A stretch of 64,000 bases of DNA from an uncultured Acidimicrobiia bacterium (GCA_964633745.1 CAZWHZ010000001.1:6406-70405); one strand, 5' to 3'; shown: positions 1 to 10,262, counted from the stretch's first letter. Notes: generated by a model from the letters alone, not told the origin. Made by a program: numbers and translations.

Positions 1-25
1 TACAGACGACCCAGACGACCCGCAG

Positions 26-517
26 ATGCGGCTGGACCTTCCCCTGCCCGACACACCTCGGATCGGTCGAGAGTCGTGGACGTGCCCCGTATGTGGGCGT
101 GTGAACCCGCTTGCCGAGTCCATCTGCTCGACCTGCGGGTCAACGATCTTCGACGTGTTCAGAGAGCCCTCTCCTGAACCGAGGGATCCCCGCCAGGCGT
201 TGATTCGGGGTCTGGCAGCACCCGGCCTCGGCCACGTGTTCGCACGTCAGGTGCTGCTCGGCGTCTCGGTGGCCGCGCTTGCCATCATCGGGGTTGTTTT
301 CGGGGCCGTGTTGATGGCGCACGGGGCGAAGCTCGCCGGCCTCGGCCTGTTGCTGATGGGCGTCGGTGTCTGGCTTGCGGGAGCTCGAGATGCCTACCGA
401 TGGGCGCGGCAAGAACCCGGGGAGGTCTTGCTTCATCCCCGGATCTTGACAATTGTCATGGCCGTCATGCTCGTCGTCGTCATGGCCGCCGCTTTCTCAG
501 CGAGGGGAAGCCAATGA
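26..517 (+). CDS. hypothetical membrane protein with N-terminal C4 zinc-ribbon (CPVCG...CSTCG) and ~3 TM helices; N-terminus may extend beyond window start
   Basis: ORF track 26..517; CxxC-N14-CxxC motif then hydrophobic segments; no in-frame stop upstream to position 2. Confidence 0.45.
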   Translation: MRLDLPLPDTPRIGRESWTCPVCGRVNPLAESICSTCGSTIFDVFREPSPEPRDPRQALIRGLAAPGLGHVFARQVLLGVSVAALAIIGVVFGAVLMAHGAKLAGLGLLLMGVGVWLAGARDAYRWARQEPGEVLLHPRILTIVMAVMLVVVMAAAFSARGSQ

Positions 518-756
518 ACTTCGTCTACGGCATCGCACTCGTTGTCGGCTTCGTGGCACTCATCGTCTGGGTGATAGGGACGTTCCTGCCTGATGGTGTC
601 AACGAACGCATGGCCGTCCGGCGTATCGTCGGTGGGTTGGTTGCCTTCGGTATGGGGGGTCTGTCGGCCTCGTACGCCGGCTGGCCCCCGTTCGGAGCCT
701 TCGCGGCGGCAGTGGTAGCAGGGGCCGTAGTCGCCTGGTATGTCGGCAAGGTCTGA
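514..756 (+). CDS. small hydrophobic membrane protein (80 aa)
   Basis: ATG at 514 overlaps the upstream TGA (ATGA); GAGGGGAAG RBS 4 nt upstream; two predicted TM segments. Confidence 0.4.
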   Translation: MNFVYGIALVVGFVALIVWVIGTFLPDGVNERMAVRRIVGGLVAFGMGGLSASYAGWPPFGAFAAAVVAGAVVAWYVGKV

Positions 757-1553
757 TGTTGCTCGTTTCCGACGTGCACGGGGCGTTTCACGACCTGGCT
801 CGGGTCGCGCAACGGGGCGAGCCCATCGTCATGCTCGGTGACTTCGTGAACTTCGTGGACTACCGCACAAACGAGGGCATTCTCGCTGATGTGCTGGGCC
901 GAGAGTTCGTGGGTACCGCGGCGAAGTTCAGGGCGAAGGGTGACTACGCCGGATCGAGGCGCGTGTGGAGGGAACGCTTCGGTGCGGGCAACGAGCAGAT
1001 CCGTGATCGGATCAGGGCTGCCGTGGAGTCGCAGTACGAAGAGCTGTCCTCCGCGCTCGCCGGCGCGCACGGGTACGCCACATTCGGAAATGTCGACTGG
1101 CCGGCTCTCTTGGAGCGCTCGCTCCCTGCAGGCGTCACCTACGTGGATGGCGCAACCTTCGAACTCGAGGGGATGGTCATCGGCATGGTCGGGGGAGGGG
1201 CACCGACGCCGCTCGGAGTTCCCGGCGAGGTGTCCGAAGTGGAACTGGGAGACAAGCTGCGTGCCCTCGGACCCGTGGATGTCCTGTGCTCGCACCTTCC
1301 ACCCGCCCTGCCGGCACTTCAGAGGGACGTCATCACGGGGAGACTCGAGAGCGGATCCCAGGTGCTGTTGGAGTATCTCCAGGAGCACCAGCCTCGCTAC
1401 CACTACTTCGGAGACATTCATCAGCCGCAAGCATCTCGATGGAGGGTGGGTACGACGCTTTGCATGAATGTCGGGTACTTCCGCGCGACCCGCCGGGCGG
1501 TTCTGCACCTCGACCGTACGAGCTACGCTGGGGCAAACACGGAGCGAGAGTGA
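756..1553 (+). CDS. metallophosphoesterase (calcineurin-like phosphoesterase)
   Basis: N-terminal LLVSDVHG..GD motif typical of MPP family; TGATG overlap with upstream gene. Confidence 0.65.
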   Translation: MLLVSDVHGAFHDLARVAQRGEPIVMLGDFVNFVDYRTNEGILADVLGREFVGTAAKFRAKGDYAGSRRVWRERFGAGNEQIRDRIRAAVESQYEELSSALAGAHGYATFGNVDWPALLERSLPAGVTYVDGATFELEGMVIGMVGGGAPTPLGVPGEVSEVELGDKLRALGPVDVLCSHLPPALPALQRDVITGRLESGSQVLLEYLQEHQPRYHYFGDIHQPQASRWRVGTTLCMNVGYFRATRRAVLHLDRTSYAGANTERE

Positions 1554-1996
1554 GCGAAGGTACCGTTCAGAGTATCGAGATTCCTGCATCCGCCGAGGCC
1601 ATTTTCGATGTGCTTGCAGACCTGGAGCGCTACCCCGAATGGATCACGGCGATGCGCTCGGTCGAGGTCCTCGAGCGCGACGCCGACGGCATGCCGGCGC
1701 GGGTGAGCTTCGAGGTGGATGCGATGGTCAAAGTCATCAGCTACGAACTCACCTACGAGTTCAAGCGTCCCGGGCTCATGTCGTGGGTCGCGGATCCGGG
1801 AGACGACATCCGGGAGATGATCGGCTCATATGAGCTGAGTGACCTGGAGGGGGGTGGCACCAACGTGGTGTACGCCCTTCGAGTCGACTACGCGTTTCCG
1901 CTTCCCGGGTTCCTACGACGACAGGCTGAGAAGCAGCTCGTGTCCACGGCGCTGCGAGGGTTGCGAAAAAGGGTGCGACAAGTCGGGTCCGACTGA
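1550..1996 (+). CDS. SRPBCC/polyketide-cyclase-like (START/Bet v1 fold) protein
   Basis: GTG at 1550 overlaps upstream stop (GTGA); sequence resembles the Coq10/polyketide cyclase SRPBCC family. Confidence 0.55.
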   Translation: MSEGTVQSIEIPASAEAIFDVLADLERYPEWITAMRSVEVLERDADGMPARVSFEVDAMVKVISYELTYEFKRPGLMSWVADPGDDIREMIGSYELSDLEGGGTNVVYALRVDYAFPLPGFLRRQAEKQLVSTALRGLRKRVRQVGSD

Positions 1997-3162
1997 TGCG
2001 AATCGTGCTCGTCACCGGCAAGGGTGGCGTCGGCAAAACAACCGTGTCCGCAGCGACTGCTCTTCGCGCCACGGATCTCGGCTACCGGTCACTCGTCATC
2101 TCCACCGATCCGGCTCACAGCCTCGGTGACGCGTTTGATCTACCGCTCGGTGATGATCCACGACAGGTGGTGGCCGGTCTCGACGCCCAGCAGATAGACA
2201 CGCAGAAGCGACTCGAGTCCTACTGGGGGGAGATACGCAACCAGTTGATGGCGATCTTCGACTGGGGTGGGGTACGAGGGATCGAGGCCGAGGAGTTCCT
2301 CGTGTTTCCCGGCATGGACGAGCTGTTCGCGCTCATCGAAGTGAGAGCGCAGGCAATCTCCGGTCGCTACGACGTGGTCATCGTGGACTGTGCACCGACG
2401 GCCGAGACGCTTCGGCTGCTCTCGCTTCCCGAAGTGCTCTCCTGGTACTTCGACAAGATGTTCCTTACGCAGCGGCGCTTGATGCGCGCGGCCAGGCCCG
2501 TGTTGCGCAGGGTCACCGATCTGCCGCTGCCGGGCGAGGCAGTGTATGACGCCGCTGAGAACGTGTTCACGAGCATCGAGCGAGCGAGAACGTTGCTCCT
2601 CGACACGGATGTGACCTCGGCACGCTTGGTCGTCAATCCCGAGCGGATGGTCGTGAACGAGGCCCGCCGCACGTACACGTATCTGACCCTCTTCGGCTAC
2701 GCCGTCGATGGTGTGGTCGTGAACCGGGTCCTTCCGGACGTCGTCGGAGATCCGTATTTCGATCGATGGAGAGAGATCCAGGCCGAGCATCTCAGGACGA
2801 TCGACGACTCATTCGCGGATGTGCCGGTACTCCGGCTGCGTCTGTTCGACGACGAGATGGTGGGGGAGCAGCGCCTGCGAGCCCTCGGTCAGGAGCTGTA
2901 TGGCGACACGGACCCCGTGCGGTCGTACTCCGGTGAACGGCCTTTCAGGGTCGTCGAGCGAGAGGGAGCCGTCCGGCTCGAGTTGTCGCTGCCATTTGCG
3001 GCGAGTGGGGACATCGACGTCATGCGCGATGGTCATGAGGTGTACGTCACTGTCGGCCCGTACCGGCGCTCATTCGTACTTCCCGACTCGCTCCAGCGGC
3101 GCGAAATCGGCGAAGCTCGACTCTCCTCCGGCGTGCTCGCGATCGAGTTCGTGGAGAGATGA
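1996..3162 (+). CDS. ArsA/Get3-family anion-transporting ATPase with C-terminal HSP20-like (CS) domain
   Basis: P-loop VTGKGGVGKTT, the DPAHSL motif and a C-terminal alpha-crystallin-like segment; ATGA coupling to the upstream gene. Confidence 0.8.
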   Translation: MRIVLVTGKGGVGKTTVSAATALRATDLGYRSLVISTDPAHSLGDAFDLPLGDDPRQVVAGLDAQQIDTQKRLESYWGEIRNQLMAIFDWGGVRGIEAEEFLVFPGMDELFALIEVRAQAISGRYDVVIVDCAPTAETLRLLSLPEVLSWYFDKMFLTQRRLMRAARPVLRRVTDLPLPGEAVYDAAENVFTSIERARTLLLDTDVTSARLVVNPERMVVNEARRTYTYLTLFGYAVDGVVVNRVLPDVVGDPYFDRWREIQAEHLRTIDDSFADVPVLRLRLFDDEMVGEQRLRALGQELYGDTDPVRSYSGERPFRVVEREGAVRLELSLPFAASGDIDVMRDGHEVYVTVGPYRRSFVLPDSLQRREIGEARLSSGVLAIEFVER

Positions 3163-3185
3163 GCGGCCCGGTGGCCCGGGCCGCT
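3162..3185. terminator. bidirectional GC-rich hairpin between convergent arsA-like and hsp20 genes
   Basis: perfect 10-bp stem AGCGGCCCGG / CCGGGCCGCT with 4-nt loop, lying between TGA (3160-62) and the minus-strand TAG (3199-3201). Confidence 0.6.
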
Positions 3186-3198
3186 CGGTGATGTCCGG

Positions 3199-3612
3199 CT
3201 ACTCGCCGATTTCTACCTTCACCTTTTTGGGAAGTACCTCCGGACGCCTTGGGATGGCGATCTCGAGGATCCCGTCCCGGTATTGGGCCGTGATCTTGTC
3301 GGCGTCGAACTCGTCCGGCAGGTACACGGACCGTTGGAAGCTTCCATAGGCGATCTCCCTGCGGTGGTACCCCTTGTCCTCCTCGGTCGTCCCGAAGGAA
3401 CGGGATCCGGAGATGACCAGCTCGGAGTTCTCGACCGTGACATTGATGTCTTCGGATCGCAAACCGGGCACCTCGACCCTGACGATCAGGGAGCCGTCGC
3501 CGTCCAGCACGTCCACCCGGGGAATCCAGGGGCGGTCCGCCGCCTGCTCGAAGAATCGATCGAAGTCCCGAACGACGCTGAACGGGTCGTAGCGGAGTAG
3601 ATGGGCTCGCAT
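3199..3612 (-). CDS. Hsp20/alpha-crystallin family small heat-shock protein
   Basis: alpha-crystallin domain with C-terminal ...LEIAIPRRPE...; ATG at 3612 preceded by a GAGAGGAG RBS; the N-terminal part of ORF 3199..4119 was rejected. Confidence 0.85.
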   Translation of the reverse strand: MRAHLLRYDPFSVVRDFDRFFEQAADRPWIPRVDVLDGDGSLIVRVEVPGLRSEDINVTVENSELVISGSRSFGTTEEDKGYHRREIAYGSFQRSVYLPDEFDADKITAQYRDGILEIAIPRRPEVLPKKVKVEIGE

Positions 3613-3700
3613 AGATACACTCCTCTCTTGCTCACTAAATCTAACAACAGTGTAATCAGGTTTTATTCTACCCACAAAAGCCGGATCTGAGATCGGTAGG
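3613..3700. promoter_or_regulatory. divergent hsp20/ROK promoter region; on the minus strand an extended -10 (TGgGTAGAAT) followed by an inverted repeat ACACTG-N12-AGTGAG in the hsp20 leader
   Basis: only AT-rich stretch in the first 5 kb; the IR is a candidate heat-shock repressor operator; matches neither the CIRCE nor the HAIR consensus exactly. Confidence 0.3.
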
Positions 3701-4636
3701 ATGGTGACGGTGGACGCCATCGGGATCGATCTTGGGGGGACGAAGCTCTCGGGAGGCGTCGTCTCGCCGTCCGGAGCGGTCGATGGCAAGGTGGAGCGTC
3801 CCCGTCCGAGAACGCAGGACGAGATGGTGCGGGGCCCTTCCGAAGTGGTACGAACGCTTCTCGGTTCGAGGGTCATCGCCATAGGGGTGGGCGTCGCCGG
3901 ACTCGTGACCGACTCGGGTGTCCTGGAGTGGGGACCGAACGTCAGCGGCGAGCACGTGGCGTACCTCTCCCTGCTCCAAGAGGAGTTCGGGCTTCCCACG
4001 GTCGTCGACAACGACGCCAATCTCGCCGGCTTCGCCGAGGCGCGACTTGGTGCGGGGAGAGGGCACCGCGTCGTCATGATGGTGACGCTCGGAACGGGGA
4101 TAGGTGGAGGGCTCGTCATCGACGGCGAGATCTATCGGGGTCGGGGTTTCGCCGGCGAGATCGGTCACATGGTGGTGGACGTCGGAGGTCCGCTGTGTAC
4201 CTGTGGACAGCAGGGGTGTTGGGAGACGTTCGCATCCGGTCGGAGACTGGACCAGATGGCCCGCGACGCGGCCGCCGAGCATCCGACGGGACGGATCGCC
4301 GAACTCGCTGCCGGTGAGACCCCGGGTGGTCGCCACCTGACCTCCGCCGCTCTCGAGGGAGACGAGCAGGCCCGGGCGCTCGTTGCGGAGGTTGGCGATT
4401 GGCTAGGCGTCGGCCTGTCGACGCTGATCGCCATACTGGATCCCGACATCATCGTGGTTGGCGGAGGGGTCTCCCGACTTGGGGATGTATTGCTCCGCCC
4501 GACCCAAAGGGCGATCGCAGCCTCGCTCGAGGGGTACGATGTGCGAACACCGACGCCGATCGTGGCAGCTTCCTTCGGAGAGGACGCAGCGCTTGTGGGT
4601 GCCGGCATTGCAGCATTGAGGAGAGCGCATGTCTGA
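3701..4636 (+). CDS. ROK-family sugar kinase (glucokinase / polyphosphate glucokinase-like)
   Basis: N-terminal GIDLGGTK ATP motif and ROK zinc motif CTCGQQGCWE. Confidence 0.8.
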   Translation: MVTVDAIGIDLGGTKLSGGVVSPSGAVDGKVERPRPRTQDEMVRGPSEVVRTLLGSRVIAIGVGVAGLVTDSGVLEWGPNVSGEHVAYLSLLQEEFGLPTVVDNDANLAGFAEARLGAGRGHRVVMMVTLGTGIGGGLVIDGEIYRGRGFAGEIGHMVVDVGGPLCTCGQQGCWETFASGRRLDQMARDAAAEHPTGRIAELAAGETPGGRHLTSAALEGDEQARALVAEVGDWLGVGLSTLIAILDPDIIVVGGGVSRLGDVLLRPTQRAIAASLEGYDVRTPTPIVAASFGEDAALVGAGIAALRRAHV

Positions 4637-5042
4637 CGTACTCGCTCCCGACGAGATCATCGGGCCCGGGAGAAACGGTGACACGCGGCGCTGGCTCAAA
4701 GAGGCGGTGTTCGCGCTGCCTCGGATGGTCAAGCTCATCGGACGGCTGATCCGCGATCCCCGGGTCCCCACGAGGGCCAAGGCGTTTGCGCTGCTGTCTG
4801 TCGGGTATGTCCTGTCCCCTGTCGACCTCATTCCGGACTTCATTCCGGTGATAGGTGAGACGGACGATGTCCTCGTCGTTGTTCTTGCCCTCCACCGACT
4901 GATCCGATCCGCGGGACATGACGTAGTGCTCGAGCTCTGGGATGGCCCTCAGGACATCCTCGAGATCGTTGAACATGTGGTCGACATCGCCGCCGGCCTG
5001 GTGCCGGCCAGATTGTCGTGGTTGGTGCGGCGGATTGCGTGA
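4629..5042 (+). CDS. DUF1232 (YkvA-like) membrane protein
   Basis: DLIPDFIPVIGETDD motif typical of DUF1232; overlaps the stop of the ROK gene. Confidence 0.55.
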   Translation: MSDVLAPDEIIGPGRNGDTRRWLKEAVFALPRMVKLIGRLIRDPRVPTRAKAFALLSVGYVLSPVDLIPDFIPVIGETDDVLVVVLALHRLIRSAGHDVVLELWDGPQDILEIVEHVVDIAAGLVPARLSWLVRRIA

Positions 5043-5809
5043 CGATCTCGGTCACGCTTCCTCAGTTCGTCGACGATCCCGGGCGCCTCGTTCGAGGCGC
5101 CCGTCGGGCGGAAGCACTCGGCTTCGACGGAGTGTTCCTCTTCGACCACCTGTTCCCGCTCGACGGTCCTGATCGACCGATCGTCGAATCGACCGTGGCG
5201 CTCGGCGCGGTGGTCGCTGCGACCCATCGAGTCACAGTGGGAACCCTCGTGCTCAGAACATCGCTGCGATCACCCGAACACACGGCATCCGCTGTGCTGA
5301 CGGCATCACGATTGAGCGGAGGGCGTGTCGTGTGCGGACTTGGGACCGGCGACTCGATGTCCCGTCGCGAGTTCGATGCATACGGGATGCCGTTTCCCGG
5401 CATGCGCGAACGGGTTCATGCGCTCGAGGCGACGGCCCGGCTCATCAGGACCCGGGTGCCTGTGTGGATCGGAGGTACTTCGCCCGCGATCCAACAGACT
5501 GCCGCGGAGAGCGCCGACGGCTGGAATGTATGGAATGTGTCCGCAGAGTGGCTCCGCGAGCGGCGTTCGAGTCCGACTGCGTCGCGCATCAGCTGGGGTG
5601 GGCAGGTGCTGCTGGCTCGCGACGAAGCCGAACTCGCCGGGGCCATGGCTCGACGGCGAGGGCCTGCGCTTTCGGCGACCGTCGAAACGCTCCCGAGACA
5701 GCTCGAGGAACTTCGGGGTGCCGGAGTCGATGACTTCGTGCTGTCGTTGGTCGGAGGGACCTGGGAACTGTTCATCGACAAGGTGATGCCGCGGCTGAGC
5801 GGCGGCTGA
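5039..5809 (+). CDS. LLM-class (luciferase-like) flavin/F420-dependent oxidoreductase
   Basis: [11 protein letters not shown]...LGTGD motif; GTG at 5039 overlaps the upstream TGA. Confidence 0.65.
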   Translation: MTISVTLPQFVDDPGRLVRGARRAEALGFDGVFLFDHLFPLDGPDRPIVESTVALGAVVAATHRVTVGTLVLRTSLRSPEHTASAVLTASRLSGGRVVCGLGTGDSMSRREFDAYGMPFPGMRERVHALEATARLIRTRVPVWIGGTSPAIQQTAAESADGWNVWNVSAEWLRERRSSPTASRISWGGQVLLARDEAELAGAMARRRGPALSATVETLPRQLEELRGAGVDDFVLSLVGGTWELFIDKVMPRLSGG

Positions 5810-5838
5810 CAGGTAGCCTGCCGGAAACGGAGGTGACA

Positions 5839-7011
5839 GTGAAGTTCCGCCGAATCGAGGATCTGCCCCCATATGTCTTCGCGGAGGTCGATGCGGCCAA
5901 GCGCGAAGCTCGGCGTGCGGGCGAGGACGTGATAGATCTCGGCTTCGGGAACCCGGACATTCCGTCTCCGCCGATTGCAGTCGAGAAGTTGATCGAAGCT
6001 GCCAGGAATCCCAAGAACCACCGCTACTCGGCTTCGAAGGGGATTCCGAACCTCCGCAAGGCGGTTGCCGACCGGTACCGTCGCCGCTTTGGCGTCGAAG
6101 TCGACCCCGAGTCCGAGGTCATCACGACCATCGGTGCGAAGGAGGGTCTTGCCCACCTGATGTGGGCACTCGTTCGGCCAGGCGATGTCGCCCTGGTCCC
6201 GGAGCCCAGCTACCCGATCCACATCTATGCTGCAGTGCTCGCTGGTGCCGAGGTGCGCCGGGTGCCGCTGAGCCTCGGAGAAGACTTCTTCAACAGGCTC
6301 CGTACGGTCTTCTCCGACTCCTGGCCCCGACCCCGTGTGATCCTCACCTCGTTTCCCCACAACCCCACCACAGCGTGCGTCGACCTGGATTTCTTCGAGC
6401 GCCTCGTCGCGTTCGCTCAGGAGAACGAGGTGATGCTCGTTCACGACTTCGCGTACGCCGATATCTCCTTCGACGGCTACGTGCCGCCGAGTCTTCTCGA
6501 GGTGCCTGGGGGCAAGGATGTGGGCGTCGAGCTCTACACGATGACCAAAGGCCACTCGATGGCAGGGTGGCGGGTTGGCTTCGCAGTGGGCAACAGGGAG
6601 ATGATCGCCGCCCTCGCGAAGCTGAAGTCATACCTCGACTACGGCACCTTCCAGCCGATTCAGATTGCGTCGATTGTCGCGCTGAATGAAGGCGACGCCT
6701 ACGTCGAAGAGGTCAGGGACATCTACAAGGTCCGGCGCGACACGCTGGTCGACGGTCTTGCGAGGGCGGGATGGGGGATCCCGAGACCGAAGGGAACCAT
6801 GTTCGCGTGGGCGCCACTGCCGGAGGGTTTCGAGCAGATGGGCTCGCTCAAGTTCGCCTTTCGACTTCTCGAGGAGGCGAAAGTGGCGGTCAGCCCAGGT
6901 GTCGGATTCGGGCCGCATGGAGAGGGATTCGTGCGGTTCGCGCTCGTCGAGAACGACCACAGGATCCGGCAGGCCGTGCGCGGCATCCGAAGGTTTCTGG
7001 AAGAAGCCTGA
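5839..7011 (+). CDS. PLP-dependent class I/II aminotransferase (alanine/aspartate aminotransferase-like)
   Basis: fold-type I aminotransferase motifs (..NPTTA.., ..SMAGWRVG..); GTG 5839 preferred over GTG 5833 because of GGAGG spacing. Confidence 0.8.
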   Translation: MKFRRIEDLPPYVFAEVDAAKREARRAGEDVIDLGFGNPDIPSPPIAVEKLIEAARNPKNHRYSASKGIPNLRKAVADRYRRRFGVEVDPESEVITTIGAKEGLAHLMWALVRPGDVALVPEPSYPIHIYAAVLAGAEVRRVPLSLGEDFFNRLRTVFSDSWPRPRVILTSFPHNPTTACVDLDFFERLVAFAQENEVMLVHDFAYADISFDGYVPPSLLEVPGGKDVGVELYTMTKGHSMAGWRVGFAVGNREMIAALAKLKSYLDYGTFQPIQIASIVALNEGDAYVEEVRDIYKVRRDTLVDGLARAGWGIPRPKGTMFAWAPLPEGFEQMGSLKFAFRLLEEAKVAVSPGVGFGPHGEGFVRFALVENDHRIRQAVRGIRRFLEEA

Positions 7012-7028
7012 GGCTCGCCCGGCGAGCC
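7012..7028. terminator. bidirectional hairpin GGCTCGC-ccg-GCGAGCC between the aminotransferase TGA and the glgP TAG
   Basis: 7-bp perfect stem; stem sequence (GGCGAGC/GCTCGCC) is shared with the dispersed TAGGC elements. Confidence 0.5.
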
Positions 7029-7029
7029 T

Positions 7030-9156
7030 CTACGACTGACTCAGCGGGATGTACGCGTTCTGGGCGTACTGCTTGACCATCCGGTCCGAGGAGAAGTCGA
7101 CGAGCGTGGACCGCATGGCTTCGCGCATCATGCCGACCCAGCGATGTGGGATGCCATCCTCGTCCCTGTCGTAGAAGGTGGGCACGACCTGGTCTTGGAG
7201 TGTCCGGTAGAGCGCGATGGCGTCTTCGTTGTCCTGCGCGTCGTGGTCGCCATTGCCCCATTCGAGGCCGAACGCCCAGCCGTTGCGACCGTTGTGTCCC
7301 TCGAGCCACCATCCGTCGAGGATGGACAGGTTCAGACCGCCGTTCATTGCCACTTTCATGCCGGACGTACCTGAGGCCTCGAGCGGCGGCCGAGGGTTGT
7401 TCAGCCAGACATCAACCCCCTGGACGAGGTAGCGAGCGATGCGCATGTCGTAGTTCTCCAGGAAGTGCACATGCCCGCTCAGCTCCGGGGTTCTCGATAG
7501 CTCGACGATTCTTCGAATGAGACCCTGACCATTCTGGTCGGCAGGATGGGCTTTTCCGGCGATGAGAATCTGGACCGGTCTGTCCGGGTTTGTGAGGATC
7601 GCCTGAAGCCATGGCAGATTGTGAAACATGAGCAGCGCCCGCTTGTAGGTGGCAAAGCGGCGAGCGAAGCCGATCGTGAGCCAATTGGGTGAAAGGATGC
7701 TAGAGATGGCACGCAATTCGTCTGGCGACGAGCCGTGGCGGGCTCGCTGCCGGAGGATGCGGCCCCGTGCGAATCGGGAGAGGATCTGCTTCTCGCGTGT
7801 ATGGATCTCCCACAGTCGCTCATCCGACAGCTCGTCGAGTCGTCGTGTCAGTTCCGGATCGTCGATCAGTTCGTCCCGCCACTTGCGCCCATACACTTCT
7901 GAGAGTGCCCGCTGATGGGCTCGGCTGAGCCACGTTGGGGGATGCACTCCGTTGGTGATGGCGGCGGCCGGACCGGAGAGCAGGTGCGCCCAATCCCGGC
8001 CGACGATCTCACCGTGGCGAACACTGACACCATTGACGTATCCGGCCATCCGAATGGCGAGTGCCGAGAGATTGAAGTGATACTCGTCTCCCTCGTGTGC
8101 CGCTCCAAGGGAGGCGAGTTGACCCAGGTCGATGGACATTCGAGCGGGCATGGCGCTGAGGTACTTCTCCACCAGGGGGAACTCGAACACCTCATTGCCG
8201 GCGGGGACCGGTGTGTGCAGGGTGAAGGAAGTTGTGGACTTGATCTGCTGCATGGCTTGTTCTGTGGTCAGGCCATCCCCGACCAGACGAGAGGTTCGTT
8301 CGAGGAGACTCAAAGCCGCGTGCCCCTCATTCACGTGCCATGCGGTCGGCTTGATCGAGAGCGCGTCGAGCACCCGAACCGAACCAACACCCAGCACGTA
8401 CTCCTGCACGAATCGCATCTCGCGTCCGCGGATGTACAGCGTGTGCGTGATCGGGCGATCCGAGTCGTCGTTTTCCGGAAGGTCGGTATCCATCAACAGG
8501 ATCGGCACACGCCCGACCTGCACCTTCCATACCCCGACCCGAACCGACCTGCCGGGCATCTCGATGTCCACTCTGAGTTGTCCACCTGTCGGGCCGGCTA
8601 CCTGCTGGATGGGGAGACGAAGAGGGTCCACCACCGGGTAGGTGTGCTGCTGGTCGCCGACTGCGTCGACATCCTGCCGGAAGTAGCCACGCCGGTAGAG
8701 GAGGCCCGTCGCGACGAACGGAAGGCCGAGATCGGAGGCCGACTTCGCATGATCGCCGGCGAGCACACCGAGCCCGCCTGAGTAGGTCGGAAGGAGGTTC
8801 TCGACGCCGTACTCTGCGCAGAGGTAGGCAATTGGACCGACGTGCTCATCCGCGTTCGACGCCCACCAGGTGCCCTTTGCCTTCATGTATGCATCGAATC
8901 GGGCGACGGTTTCGCCGTAGACATCCTGGAAGTTGCTGCTGTCCTCGAGGTTGCGCCACGTCGACCGATCTACCGCGGACAGCAACTCGATCGGGTTGTG
9001 GTAGCGCACCCAAACGTCGGCATCGATCATGCGCCACAGTCGGCTTCCACCCGCCCAGGTCCACCAGAGGTTGTAGGCGAGATCGTAGAGACGGGGAAAT
9101 GAGGAGGGGATGGGGAGTTCGGCCGTGGCCAAGACAGGTATGTGCACGTTCATCAC
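7030..9156 (-). CDS. glgP: alpha-glucan (glycogen/maltodextrin) phosphorylase, GT35 short type
   Basis: 708 aa; WTWAGG.. and ..EYG..LPTYSGGLGVLAGDH.. motifs of alpha-glucan phosphorylases. Confidence 0.85.
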   Translation of the reverse strand: MMNVHIPVLATAELPIPSSFPRLYDLAYNLWWTWAGGSRLWRMIDADVWVRYHNPIELLSAVDRSTWRNLEDSSNFQDVYGETVARFDAYMKAKGTWWASNADEHVGPIAYLCAEYGVENLLPTYSGGLGVLAGDHAKSASDLGLPFVATGLLYRRGYFRQDVDAVGDQQHTYPVVDPLRLPIQQVAGPTGGQLRVDIEMPGRSVRVGVWKVQVGRVPILLMDTDLPENDDSDRPITHTLYIRGREMRFVQEYVLGVGSVRVLDALSIKPTAWHVNEGHAALSLLERTSRLVGDGLTTEQAMQQIKSTTSFTLHTPVPAGNEVFEFPLVEKYLSAMPARMSIDLGQLASLGAAHEGDEYHFNLSALAIRMAGYVNGVSVRHGEIVGRDWAHLLSGPAAAITNGVHPPTWLSRAHQRALSEVYGRKWRDELIDDPELTRRLDELSDERLWEIHTREKQILSRFARGRILRQRARHGSSPDELRAISSILSPNWLTIGFARRFATYKRALLMFHNLPWLQAILTNPDRPVQILIAGKAHPADQNGQGLIRRIVELSRTPELSGHVHFLENYDMRIARYLVQGVDVWLNNPRPPLEASGTSGMKVAMNGGLNLSILDGWWLEGHNGRNGWAFGLEWGNGDHDAQDNEDAIALYRTLQDQVVPTFYDRDEDGIPHRWVGMMREAMRSTLVDFSSDRMVKQYAQNAYIPLSQS

Positions 9157-9224
9157 AGCCCGGGCAGGTTAGTCGGCGACGCGGATCCCATGTCTACCGG
9201 GTACTGTGGCTCCGGAGGATCGAC

Positions 9225-10262
9225 ATGGCATTTTCCAACGGCATTGCGGACTTCCGTTCCGACACCGTCACTCGACCCACTCCGGCGATGCGCACGGCCA
9301 TGGCGCAAGCCGAAGTCGGCGATGATGTGTACGGCGAGGACCCCACGGTCAATGCACTCGAGAGAGAAGCGGCAGAAGTCATCGGCAAGGAAGCAGCCGT
9401 GTTCACGCCGACAGGGAGCATGGCCAACCAGCTTGCTTTGAACACGCTCGTACGGCCAGGCGACGAGGCGCTGTGCGTTGCCACCGCACACGTTCGCCAG
9501 TACGAGGTCGGTGCGGCTGCCGCGATCTCCGGCGTCCAGTTCCGCACCGTCGAGTCGAGCGACGGCTCTATTCGACCCGAAGACGTGGAGGCTGCCGTTG
9601 AAGGTGCCGGCTACCACCTACCGCGGGTCGGTTTGCTCGTGTGGGAGAACCCGCTGACGGCCACCGGAGGCACGGTTGTCTCCCTCGAGGCCATGGCGGC
9701 AGGGTCAGCCGCCGCGAGGCGGAACTCCATCCCGATCCATCTCGATGGAGCTCGCATCTTCAACGCAGAGATCGCTCTTGGGGTCTCGGCCAAACGCATC
9801 TCGGATGAGGCCGACACTGTCATGTTCTGTTTTTCGAAGGGGCTCGGCGCACCGATCGGGTCCGTGCTCTGTGGACGATCAGAAGTGATAGCGGAAGCTC
9901 GATTCCGTAGGAAGCGCCTCGGAGGCGGAATGCGACAAGTGGGAGTCTTGGCGGCGGCCGCGCGCGTCGCCCTGCACGATCGTGATCACCTGCGAGATGA
10001 TCACGAGCTGGCGCAAAGACTCGCCGAGGGACTGATGGCGAGGTTCCCGGCATCGGTCGAACCTGCTCAGGTACAAACCAACATGGTTCTCGTCCACACG
10101 AACGCGTTCTCTTTCGCTGCCGACGAGTTCGTCGCGTCCTTGGCACGTGAAGATGTGCTGGTGGGGGACATGTCGCCTGGTGTCCTCCGCTTTGCTCTCC
10201 ATCAGGACGTCGATGATCGTGATGTCGACAAGGTCCTCGATGTCGTGGATCGGCTCACGTAA
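9225..10262 (+). CDS. ltaE: low-specificity L-threonine aldolase
   Basis: DTVTRPT...GSMANQLAL... signature; ATG 9225 with GGAGGA RBS; the longer ORF from 8832 is rejected because it is antisense to glgP. Confidence 0.75.
   Translation: MAFSNGIADFRSDTVTRPTPAMRTAMAQAEVGDDVYGEDPTVNALEREAAEVIGKEAAVFTPTGSMANQLALNTLVRPGDEALCVATAHVRQYEVGAAAAISGVQFRTVESSDGSIRPEDVEAAVEGAGYHLPRVGLLVWENPLTATGGTVVSLEAMAAGSAAARRNSIPIHLDGARIFNAEIALGVSAKRISDEADTVMFCFSKGLGAPIGSVLCGRSEVIAEARFRRKRLGGGMRQVGVLAAAARVALHDRDHLRDDHELAQRLAEGLMARFPASVEPAQVQTNMVLVHTNAFSFAADEFVASLAREDVLVGDMSPGVLRFALHQDVDDRDVDKVLDVVDRLT

Noticed and set aside
525-1589. Long antisense ORFs throughout (e.g. 525..1589 -, 5416..6555 -, 7915..8781 +, 11406..12116 -, 24408..25697 -, 35436..36878 -, 48193..49806 -, 53836..55278 + N-terminal part, 57908..58879 -)
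   Set aside because: They lie opposite strongly supported genes, have no recognisable domains and are Arg/Pro/Gly-rich, as expected for open frames in ~68% GC DNA.
8832-9224. N-terminal extensions in the ORF track (ltaE from 8832, fabD from 10147, SRPBCC from 1286, ftsW from 29770, ygfZ from 58898, MFS from 57455, MerR from 15534, rsmH from 23216)
   Set aside because: The extensions overlap upstream genes or repeat elements and lack an RBS. Internal starts with an RBS and/or 4-nt overlaps give canonical protein lengths.
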